64,000 bases of DNA from a virus (IMGVR_UViG_3300048917_000432:993-64992); one strand, 5' to 3'; numbered from the stretch's first letter, positions 1 to 9,089 are shown. Notes: generated from the sequence alone by a model not told the origin. Program-made: numbers and translations.

Positions 1-25
1 GAAACCCCGGGGCCAGAGCACGTCA

Positions 26-277
26 TCAGGAGTCAGCACTCCGGACTGCTGACCGGGCGGGGCGGGAATCTCTTGTTTGCACGAGGGACAGATGTCCATT
101 GCGCTCCTTCGGTGTGGAATCGGGTAGCCCGTCGCAGCGCTGCCAACCGGTGGAGTCGTGGACCCACAGGTTGTCGCCGGGCATGAGGACGATGTCGCGG
201 CTGCAGTGGGTGCAGACCGCGACCTGATAGACGCTGCCCTGGTCAGGGGCAGCTTGTTCAACTCTTTCGGTGCTCAC
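26..277 (-). CDS. Hypothetical protein with CxxC
   Basis: GTG start overlaps upstream stop (GTGA); VCTHCSRDI. Confidence 0.55.
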   Translation of the reverse strand: MSTERVEQAAPDQGSVYQVAVCTHCSRDIVLMPGDNLWVHDSTGWQRCDGLPDSTPKERNGHLSLVQTRDSRPARSAVRSADS

Positions 278-768
278 GGTGTGGCCAGCCAATCGGGGGG
301 GAGGGTCCGCTGTCTTGACCCAAGCCTCTCGTGAGTCTCGGCATCCACCAGATTGCGCGGACCGGTGTAGCCCACCGGGATTTGTTGACCAGGGGGCAGG
401 CAGAACAGGAAGTACTGGTTGGCCGTGTCCATCAATCGGGATTCGGCCGGATAGATCTCGAAGCCCTCGACCTCGGCCCCGGCGATCTCGGTCTTGATGC
501 GCTGGAAGTCCCGCCAGTCGTGGACCGCACGCCGGTCGGCCCGGCGGATGGACAACTCCTGGACCGCGCCGTCCTGCCACCGGGTCACCACCACGACGTA
601 CTTGTCGTTCCGCCACATCTCGGCCGACTCCAGTTCGGCGATCAACGGTGCGTCCTGGCCGATGAGCTTCTCCAGATGGGCCCGGCGCTCCGCGTCCAAC
701 GGCACCGGGAACGCCCTTCTCATCGGTTGCCAGAGATGCTTGGGTTGCTGCACCTTGCGTCGGCTCAT
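274..768 (-). CDS. Conserved phage protein (DUF7694-like)
   Basis: LSIRRADR..DWRDFQRIK..EIYPAESRLMDTANQY resembles a widespread phage family. Confidence 0.65.
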   Translation of the reverse strand: MSRRKVQQPKHLWQPMRRAFPVPLDAERRAHLEKLIGQDAPLIAELESAEMWRNDKYVVVVTRWQDGAVQELSIRRADRRAVHDWRDFQRIKTEIAGAEVEGFEIYPAESRLMDTANQYFLFCLPPGQQIPVGYTGPRNLVDAETHERLGSRQRTLPPDWLATP

Positions 769-1106
769 TTCATTGCTCCCTTGATCACGCGGAGCCCGGT
801 CCGCCAGGACAGACCGAGCACTTCCATGCGCAGCAAGGCTTTCTCGTCGGCTCCGATGGGGAACGAGGCGAGATAGCCGTCTGCGTAGGTGTAATGCGGC
901 GGGCCGTACTCACCTCGCTGCGAGAGCTGGAAGTGCTTGAACGTCCCGCAGTCGTTGTTGCAGGCCAGCGTGACGTTCCAGCCCCGCGTCCTGCTCGGCT
1001 GGTCCATGTCCGGCCGAGCGGTCCACGGCTTCCAGGCGTGGCCGAACGTCCGGCACTTGATCGCGCCCTCGTTCAGCTCGGTGAGGTTGCGGGCCTTGCG
1101 GGGCAC
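765..1106 (-). CDS. Hypothetical protein, possibly Zn-binding
   Basis: GTG overlapping upstream TAG; CRTFGHAW...CNNDCG. Confidence 0.6.
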   Translation of the reverse strand: MPRKARNLTELNEGAIKCRTFGHAWKPWTARPDMDQPSRTRGWNVTLACNNDCGTFKHFQLSQRGEYGPPHYTYADGYLASFPIGADEKALLRMEVLGLSWRTGLRVIKGAMK

Positions 1107-1762
1107 TACGCCTCGCCCCACATCTTGATGTCCAGGTCGATGGTGGCTTCGACCTCCTTGCGGACCCAACCGTCGTCATCGGACAGGTTGTCCAGGCCGT
1201 AGAAGCCCCACAGCTCCTCGACCTCCCGTTCGCCGTCAGGGGCGATGATCTTGTAGCCGAAGGTGTCTCCGGCCACCCAGCAGGCCCACTCCTCGAACGC
1301 GGCCCGCATGCTGTTGTCCAGCTGGTCGTTGGTGATCTCCGGGTAGTCAGCCATCTCCGCGTTGTAGAGGATCCAGCCGGCCCACCCGGAGTCCCAGCCA
1401 GCAGCGTCGAACATGTGCGTCTCGGCGCCCAGGTAGGCCGCGACGCCGGAGTGGTCGTAGAGGCTGAACGGCAGGCTGCGGGTCTTGTAGAAGATCCGCA
1501 GCCACCGATCGATGACGGCCAGCGCCCCCGTGGTGCCCTTCAAGTGGATGGTCGCCCGGCTGGCCAGCAGCTGGTTGAACGCGGTGTGCAGCCGCGCCTT
1601 CCACTCCGTGTCGGTGGTCCACCCGTACTTGCGCTCGTGATCAGGGGCGAGCACCAACACCGGCTGGAGGTCTGCGTCCTCCAGCGGGTTCTCGGCGTAG
1701 TCCTGATGGTGAGCCTCGATCTTGTAGCCCTTGTGCTCGATTTCCAGCAGTAGCTCCATCAC
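1106..1762 (-). CDS. Conserved hypothetical phage protein
   Basis: YDHSG..WDSGWAGWI..GDTFGYKI..WGFYG; coupled to neighbours. Confidence 0.7.
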   Translation of the reverse strand: MMELLLEIEHKGYKIEAHHQDYAENPLEDADLQPVLVLAPDHERKYGWTTDTEWKARLHTAFNQLLASRATIHLKGTTGALAVIDRWLRIFYKTRSLPFSLYDHSGVAAYLGAETHMFDAAGWDSGWAGWILYNAEMADYPEITNDQLDNSMRAAFEEWACWVAGDTFGYKIIAPDGEREVEELWGFYGLDNLSDDDGWVRKEVEATIDLDIKMWGEA

Positions 1763-2007
1763 TCCTCCAGTAGTCGCAGGTTGTCGATGTGCAGCCTGGC
1801 CGTCGTGCCACTGCGGTCCAGGCGCACGTAGTAGACGCCGCCCCGGTTGGCGACGCCGCCGAGGATGGTGCCGAACCGGTCCCCCTGCATCCAGCGGTCG
1901 GTCGCCGGGTGCAACTCCACCCGGCGACCCTCGAACTCGGTGGGCTGGTAGGACGGCGGCTTGGGGTTCTGCGCCGTCCTACTCTTGCGCGTCTCAGGAG
2001 AGGACAT
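1759..2007 (-). CDS. Small SH3-like hypothetical protein
   Basis: GRRVELHP..GTILG..YYVRLD; overlapping starts/stops. Confidence 0.6.
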   Translation of the reverse strand: MSSPETRKSRTAQNPKPPSYQPTEFEGRRVELHPATDRWMQGDRFGTILGGVANRGGVYYVRLDRSGTTARLHIDNLRLLEE

Positions 2008-2242
2008 TGAGCCTCAGCCCCGACCGGTCGTAGAGCCCGGTGACCACCACGATGGCCGGGCCCGAGGCGAAGATCTCCTCGGGCTTGTACGGGTGGAACA
2101 TCGTCTGCCCGTCGCCCAGCACGATGAACACCTGGCCGGGTGCCTTGTCCTTCAGCCGCTCCCGAACCTCGGTCAGCTCGATCGTCTCGCCGTCGGGGTC
2201 GGGCTGGACCACGGTGGCCTGGTACACGTCGAAGTTGCTCAT
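1994..2242 (-). CDS. Hypothetical protein
   Basis: ATG at 2242 in ATGA overlap. Confidence 0.6.
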   Translation of the reverse strand: MSNFDVYQATVVQPDPDGETIELTEVRERLKDKAPGQVFIVLGDGQTMFHPYKPEEIFASGPAIVVVTGLYDRSGLRLNVLS

Positions 2243-2511
2243 GCATTCCTCCCATTCAGGGTGCTGACGATGGCCTGGGTGGAGGTCGCCATCACCAGGG
2301 CGAAGAACCCGCCGGTCAGCAGATAGGTGCCGAACAGGCCGTTGTCGCCCTGCACGGTGGTGATCACCCCGACGCCGAACAGCGCGACCGCCAGGATCCA
2401 CAGCAGGATCAGCGACATCGGCGGCGCCGACTTGGTGATGCGGGCCGGGGTGACGGGTACCGGCGGGGTAGGCATCCACTGGGCGGTGGGGTCGAACTGG
2501 TTCTCGGTCAT
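2239..2511 (-). CDS. Two-TM membrane protein
   Basis: Two hydrophobic segments; RBS GGAAGGA. Confidence 0.7.
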   Translation of the reverse strand: MTENQFDPTAQWMPTPPVPVTPARITKSAPPMSLILLWILAVALFGVGVITTVQGDNGLFGTYLLTGGFFALVMATSTQAIVSTLNGRNA

Positions 2512-2532
2512 TGCGTTCCTTCCGAAAGTAAA

Positions 2533-2560
2533 AGGGCGGCCCCGGGATTGGGGCCGCCCT
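2533..2560 (-). promoter_or_regulatory. Leader hairpin with AAUCCC loop followed by U-run
   Basis: 11-bp perfect stem around gggatt (plus strand), about 21 nt before start codon at 2511. Confidence 0.7.
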
Positions 2561-2566
2561 GCACTA

Positions 2567-2815
2567 CTACTTGCTCGAATCGCGAGCGATGATCTCGGTC
2601 ATGTCCTTGAGCAGGGCCTTGCGCCCGTCTTTCCAGCCGGTTTGATACGACTGGCGCGCCAGGGCCAGCCTGGCGCGCTGGATCCGGCGGCACTGCCGAC
2701 GGCACCAGGTCGTCTTCGGGTGTTCGCAGGACGCGTGGCTCCACTTACCGTCTGCGCGGCGGATCGGGGACGACTGGTCGTGCGTGACGATCGGACGGCT
2801 GTCCGTGGTGGTCAT
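2567..2815 (-). CDS. Hypothetical protein
   Basis: ATGA overlap; Cys/His cluster. Confidence 0.55.
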   Translation of the reverse strand: MTTTDSRPIVTHDQSSPIRRADGKWSHASCEHPKTTWCRRQCRRIQRARLALARQSYQTGWKDGRKALLKDMTEIIARDSSK

Positions 2816-3063
2816 CGTCCATACCTCGCTTCGAACTCCTGCTGGTGCTTGGGGCACCGGGTCCGCAGGTGACCCTGCGGGTGTCGGGCGTGGTGGTGCT
2901 TGGTGACGGTGAGGTCCTTGTCCTCATCGCACCCCGGGTTCGAGCACACCCCGGTGGGGTTGATCCACCTGTAAGAGGTCTCGAACACCAGGTCCTGCCT
3001 GACCTCGACGTCGGCCCCGGGGAATTCCACCCCAGTGAACGTCCAGTACTTGTTGAAGCCCAT
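2812..3063 (-). CDS. Hypothetical protein, Cys/His-rich
   Basis: RBS GGAAAGGA; CSNPGC...CPKH. Confidence 0.65.
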   Translation of the reverse strand: MGFNKYWTFTGVEFPGADVEVRQDLVFETSYRWINPTGVCSNPGCDEDKDLTVTKHHHARHPQGHLRTRCPKHQQEFEARYGR

Positions 3064-3088
3064 TGCGGTGTTCCTTTCCGGAACGACA

Positions 3089-3167
3089 AAAGCGGGGCCA
3101 GGCACGGTGTGTGCCTGGCCCCGCTTCGAGTGTGGATACAGCAAAGGCCCCGCGGGTGCGGGGCCTT
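3089..3167 (-). promoter_or_regulatory. Two tandem hairpins in the 5' leader of gene 3063
   Basis: aagcggggccaggcac/gtgcctggccccgctt and aaggccccgc/gcggggcctt (loop ACCC on minus). Confidence 0.6.
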
Positions 3168-3240
3168 ACTTACTTACTTCATCGCCCTGGGGCTCTTCCA
3201 CTTCAGCGCGGGGCACGTTTATCCAGTAGGCGATGGGTAG

Positions 3241-3269
3241 ATATTACGACATGGACACCGAAAGATCAA
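3241..3269 (-). promoter_or_regulatory. sigmaA/sigma70-type promoter
   Basis: TTGATC-N17-TAATAT on minus strand at end of HNH-like gene. Confidence 0.6.
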
Positions 3270-3819
3270 GCGCGGCAAGGTCTTTCAGGCTTGCCCGCTC
3301 AAGCTGTCGCATCCACTGGTAGCCATCCATCCGGCTATGCCACTCATTGTGATGAGCGCGGCACAAGAACCCGGTTATCCAGTTGTCAGCATCGTCCCCG
3401 AAGGTGTTCTTGGGGGCGAAGTGGTGCAAGTCGTGACCCTCATCCGGGCAGCCCTTGTAGCCGCACGGTATCCACGGCCGCGGCGGATCGTCGACGTGCC
3501 AGGTTTCGACCCCTCCCCACGCCTTGACCACTTCCAGCGCCGGCGGCGCAGATTCCCACCCGCACACACAGCGGTCACGCCAGCTGCGCTTCCCGTTGGG
3601 CAGGACGTGAACGCCCAGACTGCTGGCGCTGCCACGACGCCATTCACCGGTGTCGCGGTCCCGAACGCTGTGGGACTCCTTGCAGCGGGGCTTTAGGCGG
3701 AATCGCTGCCGTTCGTCGTGCCAGAGCAGGGCGGCTTCCCGCTCCGTGAGCACGACGAGATCGTCGGGAACGACCTGTCCGATTTTGGCCGATGGCCGTG
3801 ATCGACAGAATCGAAACAT
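3244..3819 (-). CDS. HNH-like endonuclease / Zn-binding protein
   Basis: CGYKGC..DLHHFAP...FLCRAHHNEWH; RBS AAGGAAGGAAAGGA; A/T-richer codons than neighbours. Confidence 0.55.
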   Translation of the reverse strand: MFRFCRSRPSAKIGQVVPDDLVVLTEREAALLWHDERQRFRLKPRCKESHSVRDRDTGEWRRGSASSLGVHVLPNGKRSWRDRCVCGWESAPPALEVVKAWGGVETWHVDDPPRPWIPCGYKGCPDEGHDLHHFAPKNTFGDDADNWITGFLCRAHHNEWHSRMDGYQWMRQLERASLKDLAALDLSVSMS

Positions 3820-3851
3820 TCTTCCTTTCCTTCCTTGATGAGCGGACACAA

Positions 3852-3887
3852 AGAAGGCCCCCACCCGGGATGGGTGAGGGCCTTCTC
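3852..3887 (-). promoter_or_regulatory. Leader hairpin with AUCCC loop
   Basis: agaaggccc..accc/gggtgagggccttct around gggat; upstream of start at 3819. Confidence 0.6.
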
Positions 3888-3996
3888 TGAATCATCGAAT
3901 CCGACAGATTGTTGAGCTTCCTAGGCTCTCGCGTAGTTCCTGCGCGTGTGCCCCCACTGGGGACATCAGAGGTTCAGGTTGTCTCGCGGCTCCTTC

Positions 3997-4025
3997 ATTG
4001 TAACTCATCCGTCGTGAGACTTCAA
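3997..4025 (-). promoter_or_regulatory. sigmaA/sigma70-type promoter
   Basis: TTGAAG-N17-TACAAT on minus strand in intergenic gap. Confidence 0.65.
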
Positions 4026-4045
4026 GTCCACCAACGTTTCTCGCT

Positions 4046-4357
4046 CTAGTAGCTGGACGGGCCGGAGTTCATCCAGCCCAGACCGTAGTTCACCCGGGCG
4101 ACCGGGTCGGTCTCCAGGTTGGTCATCCAGTTGCAGATGGTCTCCCACTGCTGCTTCGGGATGGCCACCATGGTCGGGTCCACTGCCTTCTGCCGCTCCC
4201 ACAGCGACCAGCCGAAGACGAACACAACGACAGCCTCGAACCGCCGCTGGGTGGACTCGGTGGTGTCGGCCAGGATCGACTTGATCGCGCCCATCGCCAC
4301 CGGGGGCAGGGTGAACTGGAACTGCTCCGGCTCGACCGCCGCTGCGTGTTTGCTCAT
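4046..4357 (-). CDS. Hypothetical protein
   Basis: ATGA overlap with upstream gene. Confidence 0.6.
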   Translation of the reverse strand: MSKHAAAVEPEQFQFTLPPVAMGAIKSILADTTESTQRRFEAVVVFVFGWSLWERQKAVDPTMVAIPKQQWETICNWMTNLETDPVARVNYGLGWMNSGPSSY

Positions 4358-4938
4358 GACGAGCTCGCCACAGTGGCCGTCTTGACGAAGTACTCGACGT
4401 CCATGGTGGCCGCGTCGGCGAAGGGCACCGACAGGATCCGCTGGATCGGGAACGATCCATCCGGACTGCGTCCACGGCTGGCCCACCGGCCGGAGGCCCG
4501 GCTGGTGTACCCGGTGTAGACGTCCAGCTTCTCGGCGTCCACGTCGACCACATACGCCCACTCGCAGAAGCTGGAGTCCAGTGCGAACTCGTGCGAGTCC
4601 AGCGCGTAGCCGGCCTCCAGGGTCTTGTGCAGATCGCCCTGGCAGCCGCGCAGCACCTGGTACCAGACGGGCGACTCGCTCCGGTTCCCGACGTTCGGGT
4701 CGTAGAACCGGGCCAGATCGGCCACCTGGCGCTCGGTGGGGTTGGCATCCTCGTCGACCATCTGCAGGCTCTTGATGGCCTGCATCGTCTCTGGCTTGAG
4801 CCGGTTGGCCGAGGTGAGGTTGCCCTTGAGCCAGACCAGCGTCGCCGCCCCCAGCTCCGAGGGGTAGGAGTCGTAGTGGTTGTAGCTCAGCTTCTCGGTC
4901 TTGTCGATGACGAAACCGACCAGGCCGCGGGTGCCCAT
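4354..4938 (-). CDS. Conserved hypothetical phage protein
   Basis: MGTRGLVGF..YNHYDSYPSELG..FCEWAYVVD pattern recurrent in phages. Confidence 0.7.
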   Translation of the reverse strand: MGTRGLVGFVIDKTEKLSYNHYDSYPSELGAATLVWLKGNLTSANRLKPETMQAIKSLQMVDEDANPTERQVADLARFYDPNVGNRSESPVWYQVLRGCQGDLHKTLEAGYALDSHEFALDSSFCEWAYVVDVDAEKLDVYTGYTSRASGRWASRGRSPDGSFPIQRILSVPFADAATMDVEYFVKTATVASSS

Positions 4939-5195
4939 CAGCCCCTCATTTCTTTGTCGATGACCGACTTGCGCACCGAACCGTCCGGGTCGTGCAGGTC
5001 ACCGTCGTCATCGCCGACGGCATGCCACTCCAGGAAGTTCTGGGCCACCTCCTCGCCGTGGGCCACGGTGAGGAACACCGCGATCGCGTTGGCCTCGTTG
5101 CAGCTGAAGAAGGTCGCGTTGTCCGTGAACATGTCCAGGGGCAGCTCGTCGCGCAGCGTGTCGAATGCGTGGATCTTGTCTTCTGCCTGTGGCAT
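4938..5195 (-). CDS. Hypothetical protein
   Basis: TGATG coupling at both ends. Confidence 0.65.
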   Translation of the reverse strand: MPQAEDKIHAFDTLRDELPLDMFTDNATFFSCNEANAIAVFLTVAHGEEVAQNFLEWHAVGDDDGDLHDPDGSVRKSVIDKEMRG

Positions 5196-5764
5196 CAGTC
5201 GTTGTCCTGTTCTGTGTCGGTGACATCGATGTCGATGTCGAGAATGCGTTCGTCTTCGACGTCCGAGTCCATCCGGAACCCGTCGCGAATGGCTGCCTTC
5301 AGGTCCGAAACCTGGAGGCAGCCGTACACCCAGGACTCGTCCGGAACGCCGCGATTGCCGTCGTCACGGCTGGCCGCGATGTTCACCGTGATGGTCACGG
5401 TGGCCAGGAACTTGATGGGCTCGCGCTTCAGGCCCACCTTGTCCAGGATGCGGTCGATCTCGTCGCACCAGCCGTGCTCGTCGGCGGCTTCGGAGGCGAT
5501 CTCCACGATCTGCGCCTTGAAGCTGTCCAGCGCGTTGCGACTCCTGCTCACCTCGTCCTGGAGCTCGCCCATCCGGGTCTGCATCCGGGCGATGCGGCCC
5601 TCGAACTCGGTGTGCTCGACCAGCAGCCGGTCCCGCTCCGCGGTGACCAGGGACAGCTGGCCGGTCAGCTCCCCGTACCGGTCCGCGACAGCGCCCTCGA
5701 TGAGTGCGTTGACGGAGTCGGTGGCCGGTGTGGCGCTCTGGGCGCCGTTCAATACTTCGGTCAT
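5195..5764 (-). CDS. Coiled-coil protein
   Basis: Heptad-rich middle; RBS AAGGAAGGA. Confidence 0.7.
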   Translation of the reverse strand: MTEVLNGAQSATPATDSVNALIEGAVADRYGELTGQLSLVTAERDRLLVEHTEFEGRIARMQTRMGELQDEVSRSRNALDSFKAQIVEIASEAADEHGWCDEIDRILDKVGLKREPIKFLATVTITVNIAASRDDGNRGVPDESWVYGCLQVSDLKAAIRDGFRMDSDVEDERILDIDIDVTDTEQDND

Positions 5765-5799
5765 AATGCGGTAGTTCCTTCCTTGGGATACGGGTGCGC

Positions 5800-5836
5800 A
5801 AGGGCCCCAGCCGACTTGGTCGCGGCTGGGGCCCTT
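5800..5836 (-). terminator. GC-rich hairpin between genes (terminator or processing site)
   Basis: 14-bp inverted repeat aagggccccagccg/cggctggggccctt. Confidence 0.55.
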
Positions 5837-5849
5837 GTGCGTGGATGGA

Positions 5850-7238
5850 TCAGTTGGCCGAGAAGGCCAGTTCGAGCGCCTCCAGGGCCCGGACGTTCAG
5901 ATCGTGCGCGGCGTCCGGGTCGGACACCGTCTGGGAGAACGACGTGACCGCGTTCATCACGCCGCCGGTGGTCAGCTGCCCGGACATCAAGAAGTGGGCC
6001 AAGATTCCTTCGGCCTCGTCCTTGGTGAACGCCAGCTTCTTGGCGACGACCTCGATGGTGCGCTTGGGCTCGGTCACCGGTTTGCCGGCCTTGGCCTCGA
6101 GGTCGTTGATGGCCTTCTCCAGGTAGTCGGTGGACAGCACCGCCTTGACCACGTCCCGGGTCTGCGCCCGCACCAGCATGAGTTCCTTGCTGTTGGTGTC
6201 TTCGCTCCACGCGACGTGGCCGTCGTCCAGCCGGGAGCCGACGTGGGTACGGGCGAACCCGTCCTTGGTCATCATCAGGCCGTTGGAGCACCGCAGCACG
6301 GTGATCTCCGGCATGATCTGCCAGCGGCCGTTGCCCACCTCGGAGTTGGTGAGCAGGAACCCGGCGTGCACCAGTGGCTCGTTGCCGGGCTCGTAGAACC
6401 CGTGGTGCCCGTCGCCGTGGCCGCGCTCGCGGAACTGGCGGCCCAGCTCGATCCGCTGGTCGAGCGAGAGCCACTGGGTCTGCCGCTTGGCTCCCTCGAT
6501 CCCGGTGTCGAAGGGGGAGCGGTAGCCCTCCAGCAGGCCCGGCGCCGCGGCCAGGATCTGCGGAGCCGCGACGTGCACCATCATCCGGGTCTCGGACAGA
6601 TCCCCGTAGATGTTGAGCTGGTCGGTGCTCACCCCGGCTTCGCGGATGCCGTCGAGCATGGTGAGCAGGCCGTCCACGTTGTCCAGCCGGGCGAACTTGT
6701 TCGAGAGCATGGCCCGGGCGATGCCCGGCCCCTCGTCCGGCCGGATGAGTCGGAGGAAGAACGACCGCTTGTCGGCGGCCGCGCCCTCCCGGACGACGAT
6801 CGGCTCCGGCTTCTCTTCACCCTCGGGGGTGAAGGCCTGGTGCTTGAGCAGCGGCTTGCGCCCCCGGAGCAGGCCGTTGACGTTGCTGTCCCACAGATCC
6901 AGTCGCGGTGGCTGGGTCTGCTTGCCCTGCACCGTCTTTCCGTGCCGCAAGCGGCGCAGATAGGACGAGGTGATGTCCAGGCGCTCCGCGACCTGGTCAT
7001 CAAAGATTTGAGTTGGCCAGTACTCGCCGTTCGGGTCAGTGAAACCATCCTCCTCGAGGATCATCTCCTGACCGGTGATGACGAGCTGCCCGCCGGAGAA
7101 GCGCATCTGCTCCGCGGGCACGACCAGGTCGACCTTGCGGGCCTGCTGCTCGCGCAACAGACCCATCAGGTCGCCCAGATTGGCGTTCCGAACAGTCGGA
7201 ACATGAGCGGTTCCAGTCCGCTCCATGGCCTCAGCCAT
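5850..7238 (-). CDS. DUF932-like protein
   Basis: AMLSNKFARLDN..GFLLTNSEVGNG..VLRCSNGL..FARTHVG; RBS GAAGGGGA. Confidence 0.65.
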   Translation of the reverse strand: MAEAMERTGTAHVPTVRNANLGDLMGLLREQQARKVDLVVPAEQMRFSGGQLVITGQEMILEEDGFTDPNGEYWPTQIFDDQVAERLDITSSYLRRLRHGKTVQGKQTQPPRLDLWDSNVNGLLRGRKPLLKHQAFTPEGEEKPEPIVVREGAAADKRSFFLRLIRPDEGPGIARAMLSNKFARLDNVDGLLTMLDGIREAGVSTDQLNIYGDLSETRMMVHVAAPQILAAAPGLLEGYRSPFDTGIEGAKRQTQWLSLDQRIELGRQFRERGHGDGHHGFYEPGNEPLVHAGFLLTNSEVGNGRWQIMPEITVLRCSNGLMMTKDGFARTHVGSRLDDGHVAWSEDTNSKELMLVRAQTRDVVKAVLSTDYLEKAINDLEAKAGKPVTEPKRTIEVVAKKLAFTKDEAEGILAHFLMSGQLTTGGVMNAVTSFSQTVSDPDAAHDLNVRALEALELAFSAN

Positions 7239-7321
7239 GTGACCATCCCCTTCCAGGGATCGGTTCTGGCCCGACTCTCGGGCCAGTGTGGAACACGACA
7301 CCGACAGGGCGGTGTCGCGAG

Positions 7322-7501
7322 TCAGATCAGGCCCGCGCTGATCAGCGGGGACACGCAGCCCTCGGGGCAGCGGCCGTCCTGCTCGATCACGTGACCGTGC
7401 GGGCATTCCAGCACGCACGAGGAGCCCATCTGGGGGTCGTGGATCTCCCAGTCTTCGGGCAGCAGTTCTTCGAGCATTTCCACGAACGGGTCCATGGTCA
7501 T
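7322..7501 (-). CDS. Small Cys-rich protein (59 aa, not in ORF track)
   Basis: Hand translation MTMDPFVEMLEELLPEDWEIHDPQMGSSCVLECPHGHVIEQDGRCPEGCVSPLISAGLI; ATGA overlap. Confidence 0.65.
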   Translation of the reverse strand: MTMDPFVEMLEELLPEDWEIHDPQMGSSCVLECPHGHVIEQDGRCPEGCVSPLISAGLI

Positions 7502-7734
7502 TCGCCTTTCGGGTCGGGCAGCCGCAGCGTCGGCAGGTTCGGGTTCTGTTCCACGACCTCCCGGCAGGCCACCTTGAGGGTGGGGTCGTACTCGACGAAG
7601 TAGCCCACCCCGGCGACAGCGAGGCGGGCCAGTTCGTCGGAGTCCATGACGATCTCGGCGCCGCTGGAGTCCGAGGTCAGGACGTAGCGGTTGGTGTCGA
7701 TCATCTGCAGGACGATGTTGTCGGACAGTCTCAT
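7498..7734 (-). CDS. Hypothetical protein
   Basis: ATGA overlap, AAGGA RBS. Confidence 0.6.
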   Translation of the reverse strand: MRLSDNIVLQMIDTNRYVLTSDSSGAEIVMDSDELARLAVAGVGYFVEYDPTLKVACREVVEQNPNLPTLRLPDPKGE

Positions 7735-8108
7735 GAGGACACTTCCTTGACCGTCACCCGTGGGGCGCGCTCGATGAAGTACGTCTCGTACTGGTCGCCG
7801 GTCATCCGCCCGCGGGCCTTGGTCTGGTCGACGGTCAGGCTGCAGATCTCGTCGCCGTAGTCCGCGCGGGCCTTGGCGCCGTCCCACCACCTGTTGCGGG
7901 TGATCAGCACCTCGGTGCTGCCCTCGACGTGGCGGCCCAGCGGCAGATCCTGCCGGGCCTGGGTGACCAGCGCGTCGTACCGGGTCTGCGCCGCGTCCAG
8001 CTCGGCCTTGGCCTTACCCAGCTGGGTGATCAGCGACGAGTAGACGACCCGCCGCCGGACCGGTGGCGGCGGTGGGGGGGGAACCTGTGGGGTCTTCTGG
8101 GCGCTCAC
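7731..8108 (-). CDS. Hypothetical protein (paralog of 12963..13319)
   Basis: N-terminal polyproline, coiled coil, WDGAKAR..DEIC motif. Confidence 0.65.
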   Translation of the reverse strand: MSAQKTPQVPPPPPPPVRRRVVYSSLITQLGKAKAELDAAQTRYDALVTQARQDLPLGRHVEGSTEVLITRNRWWDGAKARADYGDEICSLTVDQTKARGRMTGDQYETYFIERAPRVTVKEVSS

Positions 8109-8320
8109 CGCTCACCCCAGCCCCACATGATGCTGTCCGCTTTGAGGGTGGGAGCCCCACCGAGCGCGACGGACAGCGTGGCCTGGGCGAGCGCCAGCGT
8201 GGCGTGCGCCTGGGCCTGGGCGAAGATCTGCATCGCCGAAGCGTCTTCCAGGAACGGATAGGGCGCTTTCACCATGCCCAACAGCCGTTCAGCCTCGTCG
8301 TAATGCTCTTTTCCGGTCAT
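8105..8320 (-). CDS. Conserved actinophage hypothetical protein
   Basis: MTGKEHYDEAERLL..AQAHATLALA; RBS GGAAAGGA. Confidence 0.7.
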   Translation of the reverse strand: MTGKEHYDEAERLLGMVKAPYPFLEDASAMQIFAQAQAHATLALAQATLSVALGGAPTLKADSIMWGWGER

Positions 8321-8345
8321 TTCGGGTCCTTTCCTGGAAACGGAT

Positions 8346-8384
8346 AAAAAAAGGGGGACGCCCCGGCCGAAGCCGGGGCGTCCC
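8346..8384 (-). terminator. Intrinsic terminator
   Basis: 13-bp GC stem, c(UUCG)g tetraloop and U7 tract on minus strand. Confidence 0.75.
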
Positions 8385-8388
8385 TTTG

Positions 8389-8805
8389 CTACAGGTGATT
8401 CGCGAGTTCCGCGAGGGCGAGCGGCTTCACTCCCCCGCGCGGCATGCGCAGGTAGCGACCGCTGTCCCCGCCGAGGCGGGCGATGTTGACCTTGTCGCCC
8501 TTGTCGGCCAGGACGACGAACACCCCGGGCCGGCTCGCCGAGGTGACGAGCGCTCCCGGGTCGAAGATGAACAGGTCGTTGGTGGTCGCCCCGTTCAGGA
8601 GCACGTCGGCCGCATTCGAGTCGGCCGGGTGGAGCATGTAGCCGGGGAACCGGGCACCGCGGCCGGGGCGGAGGGCCCCGTCCGCGGTGCATGGAACCAG
8701 GGTCGCGTTCTTCGGCCCGTGGTTGGTGACCTTGTACAGCCCCGGGCAGCGGGGGTCATCGATGGCGACGATGGTCCCGATCGGCGGGAGTGAGGCGTCG
8801 GACAT
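8389..8805 (-). CDS. Hypothetical protein, possible tandem SH3-like domains
   Basis: Two similar beta-rich halves (IGTIV..PGLYKV / PGALV..PGVFVV). Confidence 0.6.
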   Translation of the reverse strand: MSDASLPPIGTIVAIDDPRCPGLYKVTNHGPKNATLVPCTADGALRPGRGARFPGYMLHPADSNAADVLLNGATTNDLFIFDPGALVTSASRPGVFVVLADKGDKVNIARLGGDSGRYLRMPRGGVKPLALAELANHL

Positions 8806-9089
8806 CAGGCGTCCTTCGCGGTGGTGGTCTCCTCGGCCAGCGGCGGCACGATCCGCAGCTGGCTGTCGACCACCGCGGCCTTGTGGGCCCGGTGGCCGGC
8901 CACCGCGCCTCTGGTGGCGGCCACGGTGACCCGGCCCGCGGCGTAGACCAGGCGGGCCTCCTTGGGCAGGAAGGCGTACTCGACGACTCCACCCAGGGTG
9001 TTGGTGCGGTCCCATTCCTTGCGAACTCCACTGGCGGCGCCCTTGGCGGCGGCAGCGACGGCGGAGGTGGAGCGGTTGGCGTCAGCCAT
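8805..9089 (-). CDS. Hypothetical protein
   Basis: RBS AAGGGA about 8 nt before ATG 9089. Confidence 0.6.
   Translation of the reverse strand: MADANRSTSAVAAAAKGAASGVRKEWDRTNTLGGVVEYAFLPKEARLVYAAGRVTVAATRGAVAGHRAHKAAVVDSQLRIVPPLAEETTTAKDA

Noticed and set aside
3890-4045. tRNA or ncRNA in this and other intergenic gaps
   Set aside because: No cloverleaf or T-loop found; the gap is explained by a promoter and leader
8070-8082. Poly-G run as a phase-variation or frameshift site
   Set aside because: Simply encodes polyproline in an intact ORF
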